DNA of 64,000 nt from Lingula anatina (lineage: Eukaryota > Animalia > Brachiopoda). Position numbers and translations under genes: made by a program. The stretch spans positions 380,954 through 444,953 of the forward strand of contig CM120644.1 in NCBI GenBank assembly GCA_051362555.1. The letters are read 5' to 3'. This document shows positions 52,901 through 64,000 of the stretch, piece by piece. The notes under the pieces are model-generated. The model saw only the letters and a program-made list of their open reading frames with translations, made no database searches and was not told where the DNA came from. Numbering within the stretch: the first letter of the stretch is position 1; the number at the start of each line of letters is the position of its first letter.

Positions 52901-54328
52901 ATATAAACAATGTGTCACCTTATGGGGTCTGGTATGGCGTAGGTGGTGGTGCGTGGGGGGAGGGGGGAGGCGAGGGGTGAGGGGAGGGGGAGATATGGAG
53001 CAATATAAACAATGTGTCACATTGGGTTCAGTTTGTATGGAGGGGGAGGGGGGGAGAAATGGAGCAGTTACTATTATTGCTGGATAATTCTAATTTTTTG
53101 TTCATATTATACCAGATGTTTTAGGTGATAAGATCAATAGGACTTTACCTAACCTAAATAGTGTGTGTGTATGTGTGTGTGTGTGTGTATGTGTGTGTCA
53201 CAGTGTGTATGTGTGATGGGGGGGGGGGGGGGGGGGGAGGGTCCATGACCCTAGCATCTTAACCACTTAATCACATCCATAAATATCCAAGTAGTGTGTT
53301 TTGCATCCCTGGGTATCAGATCCTATCTCCAGGCCAACTCTGACTATATTATCCATCTTCACCACATCTCACTGATACATCTCCAGATAACTGCCTCGTT
53401 ACCTCATGATTCACGACACTCATCACGCCTACAGGGTCTTAATCCAGCCTGATTTATCACACTGTTATTACTGCTAAATAACACCAAATACATTCAAACT
53501 GATTGAATTTCTTATCATACTATTTCTCACATCTCACTGTTATGTCTATAAACTGTTGAAGTTCATGTGATTCATTTTCATATACTACACTAAAAGGCAG
53601 CGGTCAGTTTTTCAATCAGATGGTCTAGGGAAAAGGGTCACACTGAGTGAGAAGGACCTACCCATCTCCTATGTAAAAAAGACTTCAGCAATGACCCCAT
53701 CTTTTTATTTTCACTTGGGGTCTGAAATCAGTTGAAAAGCTAGCACTAACCATGAATACCAGATTGTGTACGATAAAGTCACTTAACCTAGATATGACGG
53801 CAGCAGATATGATTTGTAAACTTCATTTCAATTTCATTGCCTATGTGTCCCTGACAAAATCACATTACAGTAAAGTTATTGACAGCTAGTTCTTCAGACT
53901 GGTATAAAATCAAGGGTGCCATGTCTACTGGGTAGGGTTATGTATATATCATGTGTAACTGAATGCTATGGTTATAACATCAAAGAGGGGAAATCTATTT
54001 CATGTCCAGACTACCATGGTGTATCATCAACTTGTGTAAGTTATTGATTGATGAAGATAATAAATATATATATAATACTGTCATAAGACCCTTTGTAGTG
54101 TCACACCTGAAGTGGGCAGATGAAGGTAGATGGTACAGACACTGTAATTACCTCAGGGGGAAAAGGGGGGACGCAGGAGAGATGGCAGGGAAAACATGGG
54201 GGGGGGGGGGGAGGGGCACAGGCATACCCGCCCAATCCATACCTTGTTGCTCTAAGACTTCCATTGCTTGCCAGAAACAGGAAATACGCTGATTTTATTC
54301 AGTTATAACTTTTTCTTTATTCAATCAT

Positions 54329-54363
<35 letters not shown>

Positions 54364-55515
54364 TTATTTGTCTCCAGTGCAAACATATCTGCCTCTGCTC
54401 ATTCCTACTTCTTTACATTCTAACATATGTTTATAATAAAACACCTCCGTACTACATAATTTAATCTGAAAATGTGGGAGGGAAATATTGGAAATGTCTG
54501 TTTTATTGACCCATGTATCTGTAGATTGATTCAATAAATCAATAATTCAGATACTCCTACATATCTTAATCTATTACTAGTACTATCATTTTTTTATCTT
54601 GCTGTACAAAACATTTCAACCAGAAAGAGATAAAAATATTGAATGACCATAGGATGATTCATGGTCCCTCCTTTCATTACAGTCCATCCTTTCTCTCTCC
54701 CCCCCCCCCCCCCCTCCTCCTCTCTCTCTCCAGCAAAAATCATTCACCTTCCACAAGAGACTACTGGGGCTGCAGGCTATCCATGTTGATGTCTACCACC
54801 ACATAGCTCTTCCCTCCACAGGGAAAATGTACTCAATCCACAGCAGCTCACTTCACTAGCATTACCACTGGGTGCTCAGTCTTAAAATACCACAACTTAT
54901 GTAATTATATAAACCCAATCAAATGACAGAAATTATCATATACATCTAAATCAACATATCTGCAGGAATCGTTGCTCAAGGTTTACCTTCATGAAGTAAT
55001 TTGCAAATAAGAAATGAATGCCCAGCAGTTCAATTTTATTAAGCCAAGCAAAGAAAACATTGTACATAGAGGTTAAGATTTGTATGATTAGGTTACAGGA
55101 CAGTTGGCAAATGCAAGAAAATTGTTGAGGACCCTGAAAAATTATAAATAGTATTTTTTTTTCTTTTTTCACATCAAAAGCCTGTGATAAGCTAGCCTAT
55201 TTTGAGCTATTTTCAGGAAGTGGAATTCTGACCAAAAAAGAGAAATATCTCACCACTTATCTCTACCCTATCGACTACAAGTAAACATTGTGGCCAGTCT
55301 ATTTGAAGTCTATAAGTGCCTACAGTTGTATGAAGGTTCTTCCTGTTTTTTACAGTCTATTAAGGAAGTGTGTGCATTCCATGGCTATCAGGTCATTATG
55401 TCCAGGAAGACAGCAGTACAGGGCAGTGAGAGGGTCAGCACGGTAGAACACATCTTAACAGGAACCACACTGAGAATTTTGGGAGTAAGATGGGTCAGTG
55501 TTTGGAAATGTCATC

Positions 55516-57793
55516 CAAGAAGTTATAATGAGAAGGAGTAGAAACGGGACATCAATTATCTCTCTCGTCCAATCAGATCGCAGCATTCTTTTCAAAGCGG
55601 CGTCCTTTGAAATTCGATCCTCGTAACTGGTCTAATCCTCCGCTCGCCTCCGCGTGACTCAAGACGGAGAAGCTGAACCAGTGCGTATACGTCTTGATTT
55701 ATTCATGTTTAATGCGAATATTTGGAAGTTATACTTAGAAAAACGCCAAGTCGAGCGATATAAAGGTGAGTGAGAGTTGATAATCTGCTTTGAGCATTGT
55801 TTTATGTTCATACGGTGGCTGTCAGTCAAATTTGTCAGTGCAGAAAGCAGCGTTAGTTCGAAGATCTGAGGCCGATTCAGCGGGACCTCCATGTTTAGGA
55901 CTTTTTTCTTCTTAAGTGCGTGATGTATGCACATAATTTATGTTTTTCTGGTTAGTTAAGCACGTGCATCATTACAATACATCCCTTTAGTATTAAATGA
56001 GTCAATCCTTTAGATGAAAAACATCGTTTCAAATAGACAACTTTTCATCCTATTTTTTCAAAATGGCGGGTCCCTAAATTGGTTAGAGACAGTTGGGTGA
56101 CAGTTTGGGACAATTTTTGGTAATTTAAACGTGGTGTATGCAGATAATTTATGTTTTTCTGGTTAGTTAAGCACGTGCACCATTACAATACATCATAGTG
56201 ATATTAAATGAGTCAATCCTTTAGATGAAAAACATCGTTTCAAATAGACAACTTTTCATCCGACTTTTTCAAAATGGCGGGTCCCTAAATTGGTTAGAGA
56301 CAGTTGGGTGACAGTTTGGGACAATTTTTGCTAATTTTAACGTGGTGTAAGCACATAATTTATGTTTTTCTGGTTAGTTAAGCACGTGCACCATTACAAT
56401 ATAACATTGTGATATTAAATGAATCAATCCTTTAGATGAAAAACATCATTTCAAATAAACAACTTTTCATGGGACTTTTTCAAAATGGTGGGTCCAAAAT
56501 TTGATGACAGGGAACTCTCGGAATTTTTTTCAATTTTTCATTGCAATATGATGTTTGCAGAGTTTCGTTTAGGATATAGAGTTATATTTTGTAATGAATT
56601 CCGCACTTACTCATTTCAGGTTGAAGAGAATGCAGGTGAAAGATCTTTAGTTTTGCTGGCAGATGTACATGTAGCCATAATTGAACAGTCAAAATGATTG
56701 TTTCCAGCAGCAACTTGATGAGGCACAAGGCTCTGTTTTCTTACCACCACTAATATTAAACTATAGTGCACAAGAGGTGCAAGTTTTAAAAGGGAATTTA
56801 GTGGTCCAAGTTTTAAAAGGGAATTTAGTGGTCCAAGTTTTAAAAGGGAATTTAGTGTTCACTGGCTAATTGTCTAAAGTATAAAATAAAATAATCACCA
56901 CATCAAAATAAAAACTAACCATTTTTGTATTGCTTTAATCACTGTTGGGTGTAACAATATTGATATATTTTCATTGCTGGTACTTTGTTTTAGATAATAT
57001 ACAAGTTGCTCGAATGTTGAAATAAAGCAATATCAATCAATAAAAATATTTCTTTGTTTTTTTCTTCTAATGAATTTAAACTATCAGTCTACTATTAGTT
57101 GGCCTCATGTAATAGACAAAGATATAAACAAAAATATGTATTGATGAAATTTCATTTAGAATCATACTAAGTGCAATAACTTATTTACATTTCCCCAATT
57201 TTCCTGTTTAAGCTCTACCTGGTATATAAGCAATAATGTGCCAAAAAAGAAAGAAACGAGGCTGGCATACGGAAATTGCAAGTACTACTGTTTTGTGTAC
57301 ACGGCTGTGAATTGAATGTGTCATTCCTAGATGAAGGTAAATTTCCTTTACACGCCTTTACACGACAAAAATAATTTAAAATAAATATGAGACTTCTACA
57401 GGTGCAAATTTTAGCGTTGAAGGTGGGTTTGTGAAATTGTTCTCATACATTCTTGATGTGAAACTAAATTTTGTATAACTGATCGGCTCTAGATCAAATG
57501 AAGGTGTATCTTGCATAATTTGAGTTTTATTTCCCGAAATGGTTGCATCCAGGCTTGAAATCTCTCTACACCTTTCTGTAATCCCACCATGTTTTCTCTG
57601 TGAGATTATTAGAGACTTCGCGAGGCTTTATCCCAATTGGCTGAAGCAACCCACGTGAATGGTCTTTTGAATATGTATTAGGCACAAGCTCTCCCTAAGA
57701 CCACAAGCTGGGTAATTATTAGGATTAAGCCCGTTACGAGGATAGGATGAAAGGAAACCCCTTGTTTCTACTCCTTCTCATTATAACTTCTTG
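55516..57793. mobile_element. P-element-like MITE (~150 bp when empty) interrupted by a 2.1-kb element
   Basis: Perfect 30-bp TIR CAAGAAGTTATAATGAGAAGGAGTAGAAAC and exact 7-bp TSD TGTCATC (55509-15 / 57794-800). Confidence 0.82.
55619..57741. mobile_element. Nested non-autonomous TIR element, superfamily unresolved
   Basis: TIR CCTCGTAAC(TGGTC/GGGCT)TAATCCT with apparent 2-bp AT duplication. Contains ~211-bp x3 (55925-56500) and 27-bp x3 (56780-56858) tandem repeats. Confidence 0.72.
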
Positions 57794-58454
57794 TGTCATC
57801 TCAGGGGGAGGAGTTTGGAGAATTGGGCTGGGACCAAGGCTTTTCCCAGCAACCATCCAACATCAATTGGATGGCGGCCGCCATCAACAGTTGGCCAATA
57901 TTTTTAAAAACGTCTGGACAGTTTATGGATATTTTTTGAAAAATGATGGCCTGGACTCTTTGAAATTTATGTAGCAAATTACAGGTGATAAATTTGGACG
58001 GCCTATACCCTGAAACCTGAGAAAAGCCCTAGCTAGGATATCTAATGTGAAAAACTTATGTATTACCTGTAAGCTAAAGCTTATAATACTAATACCATTA
58101 TCTCTAGTGAAAGGCATCTATCTTATACCAGAACCATTTGCCTGCTAAATAAGGTCATGATTAAACTCTTCCCATACAACAAGGTATATCAAAAGTGGAA
58201 GAGCTATGATATCATCAAGTTTCTCTATAAGTCCACAATACTTTATCCTTAATTCTCAGTTTCTCTACCCTCCCCTCCAATCTCTACTTTAACACCACAC
58301 CTGTCCTATACCTGAGTGGTCAACCTACCTGGTGGTCTCAGTCTACCTGTCCTATGTCTCAGGTGTTCTATATCAAAGTGACTATAACACTGTTATTGAA
58401 GACCAAAGAAAGAATTACATAACACTGGGAAATAAGACTCTATATGAAGTAGGA

Positions 58455-58768
58455 GAGACATGGACACTACAGGCACCACTGCCCCAGGGTGACTGGACCA
58501 TACAGAGACATGGACACTACAGGCACCACTGTCCCAGGGTGACTGGACCATGCAGAGACATGGACACTACAGGCACCACTGTCCCAAGGTGACTGGACCA
58601 TACAGAGACATGGACACTACAGGCACCACTGTCCCAGGGTGACTGGACCATACAGAGACATGGACACTACAGGCACCACTGTCCCAGGGTGACTGGACCA
58701 TACAGAGACATGGACACTACAGGCACCACTGCCCCAGGGTGACTGGACCATACAGAGACGTGGACACT
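58455..58768. repeat. 50-bp minisatellite x6 in intron 1
   Basis: GAGACATGGACACTACAGGCACCACTGTCCCAGGGTGACTGGACCATACA. Confidence 0.95.
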
Positions 58769-59485
58769 GACCAGTGACACATCTGTTATAAGTGACCATA
58801 GATGGAAATTGAACACATGGGGAATATTTCAGTGTCAAAATAATACTATAATTTCGTATTAAAGAATTCTACAAAATCAACGTGGTTTCATTCTAATCAT
58901 AAATATAATACAATATACATTTCAAATTTAAATAAAAAAATACAAAATTCCACAATCTGACAACTTTGTTTTGAAAGTAGTTGTACCAGTAAAATTGTAC
59001 ACAATATTATACAAAGCAGTTTTAATAAACTGGGCCCACTCAACACACAAATATTGGAATAGACATTCAAAATGTGCTGGATACCATTTATCAATGCTCC
59101 TGCCCATTACATGTGTAAGTGAAAATTATGAGGCAATCGTTCTTAAAAAATAAAATGACCGACTACCACGGAAATTAACTTAGATAAACGGGATTCGTAG
59201 GTGAGGCATCTTTAAAGAAGTTAAACTAAACCCTAGAAATCCCATGAACAGGAGGGCTAGGGGAAATTAAATATTTTATCTGGTACGTAGGTATTTAACT
59301 TTCAGGTTGGTTGTAACTTGGGGTATAAGGGAATGGGGAATACTAAGTTTTATTCAAACTAGGCGGTCTGCCAGAGGAAGTACAACACGCTTTGACGGCC
59401 GCCTAGGAAGAAGTTTTCCAGATATTCCAGAGTATTTTCTGTCAAAATAAAACACTCACATCAACATGATTCACAAGTTACTCAC

Positions 59486-59615
59486 CTGAACTATCGTAAA
59501 TATCACATATGTTTTGCAAATGTTACGGAAGCTCTGTTTTTATCATCAACCTGCACTGGATGTTTTCATTGCACGGTCCTCTCCCCGTGAACCAAAATGG
59601 CGGCGGCCACTATTG
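59486..59615 (-). other. ARHGAP21: Putative non-coding first exon (5' UTR)
   Basis: Consensus donor CAG|GTGAGT at 59486/59485 directly downstream of a CpG-enriched YY1/ETS motif cluster. The 5' end (TSS) is approximate. Confidence 0.55.
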
Positions 59616-59665
59616 TAACACGGCTTCCGGTTGGCTGAATTCCTTTCAACATCTGCGCGCTTTCT
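59590..59665 (-). promoter_or_regulatory. Putative housekeeping-type core promoter
   Basis: YY1 motif AAAATGGCGG (59594-59603), ETS motif CCGGAAG (59624-59630 on minus), and local CpG enrichment in a CpG-poor window. Confidence 0.55.
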
Positions 59666-61042
59666 ACTACGCTGTGTGGATTCGGAAAAATAAGATAAAA
59701 ATGGAGCATCAGAATAAACTTCATGTGGCAGAAAATTACAAATTTAGAGCTTAATAACATTCAGGGCTTTTCAGATTGAGCGTTATGTTAGTAACGTGTA
59801 GATCAATAACTTGGAATCCAATGAAATTACATTTCACGGCGATAGTGGCGCCCTCTGTACACAAGAACCATGTGCACGGATAGGGGCAATTATAATTCTT
59901 AACCGAAAGGAAAATTAAATTGTATTATTTGAAAAATAAAAAAAATTGAAATTGAAACCGTCAAAATAAAACGAGGATTTCTAAAATTCATTAAAATCTA
60001 TCTGTGCAATGTACGGTTCATTTGGAATTATAGTCTTGAAAGTTAAATATCTATTGCAATCGCAAAATAGCTTCGTCATAAATAAATAATGTTTCTCATT
60101 GTATGGAAAGGGGGTAATTACAATGTATTATACGGACCTTTATGAATGGGGGCGTGTTTTTTATTTAATCTGTTCAAAAGTCGGCTATGTTGTCAGCAAA
60201 ATCAAATCATAATTAGTTAGTAAAATTTTCAGACATCATTTTTAATCTTATGCCAAGCATTTAACTCAAAATTGTGTTGAATATTAAGCCAACAAGTTTA
60301 AGGATTGAATATAAAAAGTGTGTATGCGTTGACCGTTTGTTAAAGGTTTTATACAGGCCCTCTGCCGTCCCCTTTCCTGTCTAAATTTCAGAAATCATCT
60401 ATTTTAAGCGCCCAAGTAAAGTTACACATGTTATACCCCGGACCTTGCCCGGTGTCTACGTATCTACGTATTCTCACAGCAAACGGACTGAAGAACTCTG
60501 TCTGATCAAGTTAAATAACTCCATTTTCTGCCACCTTTCGTATGGATCAGTGCGCATGTGTTTGCTGGGTTACGTCCTTCATTGTGTTAGTTGTGACAGA
60601 GAAGCAATCAGTCTCTCGCTGCGATGAGCTGCCGTCTTCCCATCTTTACTACAAGATTTTTGGAACAGTTGCAGCATTAAAATTTAAAATAAATAATCTG
60701 AAAGAAGAATTTTGCATTATTATTAAATGATGATAGGAATTTTGGATTAAGAGATTAGTTAAATACTGAGTAGTGATATTGCCAGTCAATTTATGTAGAA
60801 TCTGATAATATAATTGAAAATACTGATTGAATTCTTTGCCTTGCACTGGGCAGTTTCACATTTGTGCCAAATGCTTTTTTGGACTCCATTGTACAGTGGT
60901 AAAAGTTCTTCAATTGCCATGAAAGTTTTTAATCAGACTCTGTATGGTGCTGCTATCTGCTGGTGCTATCGGCAACAAATTAGTTTGCCTTTGTTTCTGA
61001 GTGAATCTACCGTCTAAAATCACTATTTCTGAAAACATGTGC

Positions 61043-61337
61043 CCCAGACAGCCTCAGTGATCTGGCCCACGTCTGGCCCAGATCTGGCAACGTCTGGCAA
61101 TGTCTGGCAAAAGGTATGGCCCACGTATGGCTTGCCACATGTGGGCCAGATGTGGCAATGTTTGGGCCAGATCTGGCCCAGACATTGCCACATCTGGCCC
61201 AGTTCACATTTGCTCATATGGCCAGATGTCGGCCCAGATCTGGCAATATCTGGCAAATGTATGGCATGCCAGATGTGGGCCAGATCATATTCAAATGGGC
61301 CAGATTAGGGCCAGACATGGACCACATATGGCCCAGA
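61043..61337. mobile_element. Truncated terminus of an EnSpm/CMC-like element
   Basis: CCCAGACAGC start followed by dense direct and inverted CTGGCCCAGAT/TGGGCCAGA subterminal repeats. No matching second end in the window. Confidence 0.5.
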
Positions 61338-61396
61338 ATGTTTTTTTTTTTTTTCTTTTTTTTAAATTATTTTTAATTATTCAATAAGATTACTAT

Positions 61397-63451
61397 AAAC
61401 AAGGCAGCAAAGCTGTCAAATGTACAGACAAAAAGCAGACAATAACAATGCACAAAACAGGCTACTGTCAATTCTGATGCAAAAGTACATTATGCTTAAC
61501 TGCAAATTCAACATCAAATTTTAATTATGCTCAACAGGTAATACCAATGTAAGTGAAATGTGAAACAAGCGTAAGGCTTCGAGCCCATGGGAGTTTAAGT
61601 TCACACTTTGAATATGCCAGAATGAGAAAAATGAAAATTTCACATAAAACTGCTTAAATTCAATAATAAATGATAACCCATTTGAGCTGGCTTTCTTATT
61701 TGAACTGCATGCCAATCCTACCAATCATACTTGTAAGTTGAAAATACTAATAAGTAACACAGTTTTCTTTTCATAATGTTTGTAGTAGCAGTGCAAAAAG
61801 ATTTTTGTCAATTTTGATGTAACATTACATAATAAATTACAGAATAATTATCACCAATTTTTGATTATTGACGATAAATAGCATGGACAAGTAGAAAATT
61901 TGATTACCATTTGGCTTCATGTCCATGGGAGCTTCGAGTCCCACAATGAATATGCCAACATGATAAAAATGAATATTTCACTAAAATGTATAACTTCCAG
62001 AAAAAGAAGCCAATTAGACTGCTTTTCCAGCTCAGGCTGCATTTTAGTCCTTTGTTTCTTTTTTGAAAGTTTGACAGTCATAAGTAACATGGTTTTCCCA
62101 TAATGGTCATCATGGCAGCAGCACCCAAAATTGTGTTTTCTTCTATTTTAATGCAATATTACATAATGCTTAACAGCATAATGACCATCAGTTTTTAATA
62201 ATAAAAGATCCGTATCATGGATTTTCAGAAAATGTGATTAGCATGGGTCTTCAAGCTCGTGGAGGTTCTTAAGTCACACCTTGAAAATGCCAATATGTGA
62301 AAAATTAAATTTTCACCAAAAAAAAAAAAAAAAAAAAAACAGTTTAACTGCCAGAAAAATTTACCAAACAAACTGCATTGCCCACTGAAGCTTTATTTAA
62401 GTCCCATGTTTCTTTCCTGTAAGTTTGAGAACAGTAAGTGACATGGTTTTCCTTAAATGGTCATCATGGGAGCAGTGTCCAAAATAGGTGTGTCTTCAAA
62501 TTTTGATGCAATATTACATAATGTTTAACAGGATAATTACCATCAATTTTTAATAATAAAATATTAGTATCATGGATATTCAGAAAATGTTCCTAGCAAT
62601 GGTCTTCAGGCCCAAGGAACTTCAAAGTCACACCTTGAAAATGCCAAAATGTAGACAAGGCAGCACTGTCCTGAAATGTGTTTTTTTCCATTTTTCACAA
62701 TTTTTTAACATATAACAAAATTAACAATTTACTGCCATTTTTAAATGATCAACTAAGAAAATTGATGAGATAGGAAAAATATCAATAGAACAGTGTTAAA
62801 TGTCCAATTTCCTCCATTCTGAGATTCTGAACATAGTGAATGAATGAATCTGACAAACTGCCATGATATGAGTTTATTTCAATTTTTGAAACTCTATTGT
62901 ACAATACATGATAACAAGTTTACCATCATTTTTACATAATCAACTAACAATGATGTAAAGATGCAGGAAATGTCAAACAAACACTTTTACGAATCTTATT
63001 AGTTAAATAATGAGACTGTTAACATGCCTAAGAATTGAATCTGAGGAAATGTGAAAAAACAGCATAACTTATAAAATAATGGCCTGATTATGCTGATTTT
63101 CGAACTTGACCTGCGTTTTAGTAAGATTAATTACTCCTGTGAGTTTCATGACAACAGGTCTAGCGGTTTTCCTTGAAATGTGTTAACAGTGTTGCACATA
63201 TGCTGAAAAGTGAAAAAAACAGCATAACTACTAAAATAGTGGCCCGATCATGCTGATTTTCGAACTTGACCTGCGTTTTATGAATATTAGTCAGCTCTGT
63301 AAATATTAGGCCAAAAAGTAAAACTGTCTTCCACTTATGGTGTTAACGCTGAAAGTGCACGGCGACGGCGACATGATCGGCGACGGCGACGGCGACGACA
63401 GACGCAGGTGATGGCAATATGTACAGACACATCTGTGTCTGTACATAAAAA
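61397..63451 (+). mobile_element. HINE/Helentron-like non-autonomous element, family 2, copy 2
   Basis: Same 5' end, body, microsatellite and 3' hairpin as 47838-49638. Confidence 0.85.
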
Positions 63452-64000
63452 GACATACAAGATTCAAGATTCAAGTATTTATTCTGTGCTAAAACCCTAA
63501 ACAAAATTATTACACATTATATAACCTTGCTGGCAACTAACATGTAACAAATTAAGGGTCACTCCTTGTCTTTTTGTACAAAACAATGTATATTTGAAAA
63601 AAAAAAAAACTACACTGCAAAAAGGTAAATATACAGACACTTAACAGGAGGAAATGTCACTTACATACATGTAAAGAAAACAGTTATAACAACAATTTTT
63701 TTTTCAACACAAAGCTGCTCATCTAATCTGAATTAACACAAATTACAAAAATTGTAATTAATTATGCATGTACATGGGGGGGGGGTTTGAGGGGGAAATA
63801 TTTTTGCACACATTGTCATTTTTAAACTAATTCAAACATATCATTAATAATAATAATCACTAATGAATATAGTTTTGTAATGAATAAATCTTGAATAATG
63901 AATGAAAAAACATTGTTTTTTTAGATGATGGTGAGTTATAACAAAATTATAAATAACCATGCAGTAACTGTAATTCAACTTGCATGCTGGCTACAGTACT

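Noticed and set aside
59597-59640. Plus-strand aaaATGGCGGCGGCC as a gene start
   Set aside because: It stops after 13 codons with no donor. It is better explained as the YY1 motif of the minus-strand promoter.
61007-61387. Five overlapping W/Q/P-rich ORFs
   Set aside because: They are a by-product of stop-poor CTGGCCCAGAT subterminal repeats of a transposon end.

Overview
AT-rich, repeat-laden eukaryotic (invertebrate animal, mollusc-like by its repeat content; inference) genomic DNA. The window holds the 5' part of one long-intron minus-strand gene, an ARHGAP21/23-family (PDZ-PH-RhoGAP) orthologue. It has a likely promoter and non-coding exon 1 at ~59.5-59.6 kb and six coding exons that I could join in frame by hand (49704-49657, 33174-33031, 24379-24346, 21005-20819, 12908-12854, 471->1). 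These give MAAARDEKFTGTAGRQ|[48 protein letters not shown]|GSENGGDTAVE-D|[62 protein letters not shown]|DSTLQLLVVPKDDDILQM|AYQTSAYNQGQETFHGNASQIPSPPPP..., and the gene continues off the left edge. The introns carry non-autonomous DNA transposons (Helentron/HINE-like, Academ-like foldback, P-like, hAT-like, Harbinger-like, Tc1/mariner-like, piggyBac-like, EnSpm-like), several of them nested, plus minisatellites and microsatellites. No transposase ORF, RNA gene or CRISPR array was seen, and almost all listed ORFs are spurious. The best leads are unannotated-looking alternative exons (a Cys/basic alternative N-terminus, a 39-nt cassette inside the PDZ, a 33-nt cassette after the PDZ), a candidate recursive splice site, a multi-layer nested transposon with a 4-mer higher-order satellite, and a templated insertion in a minisatellite. 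I found no evidence for a wholly new multi-gene system.
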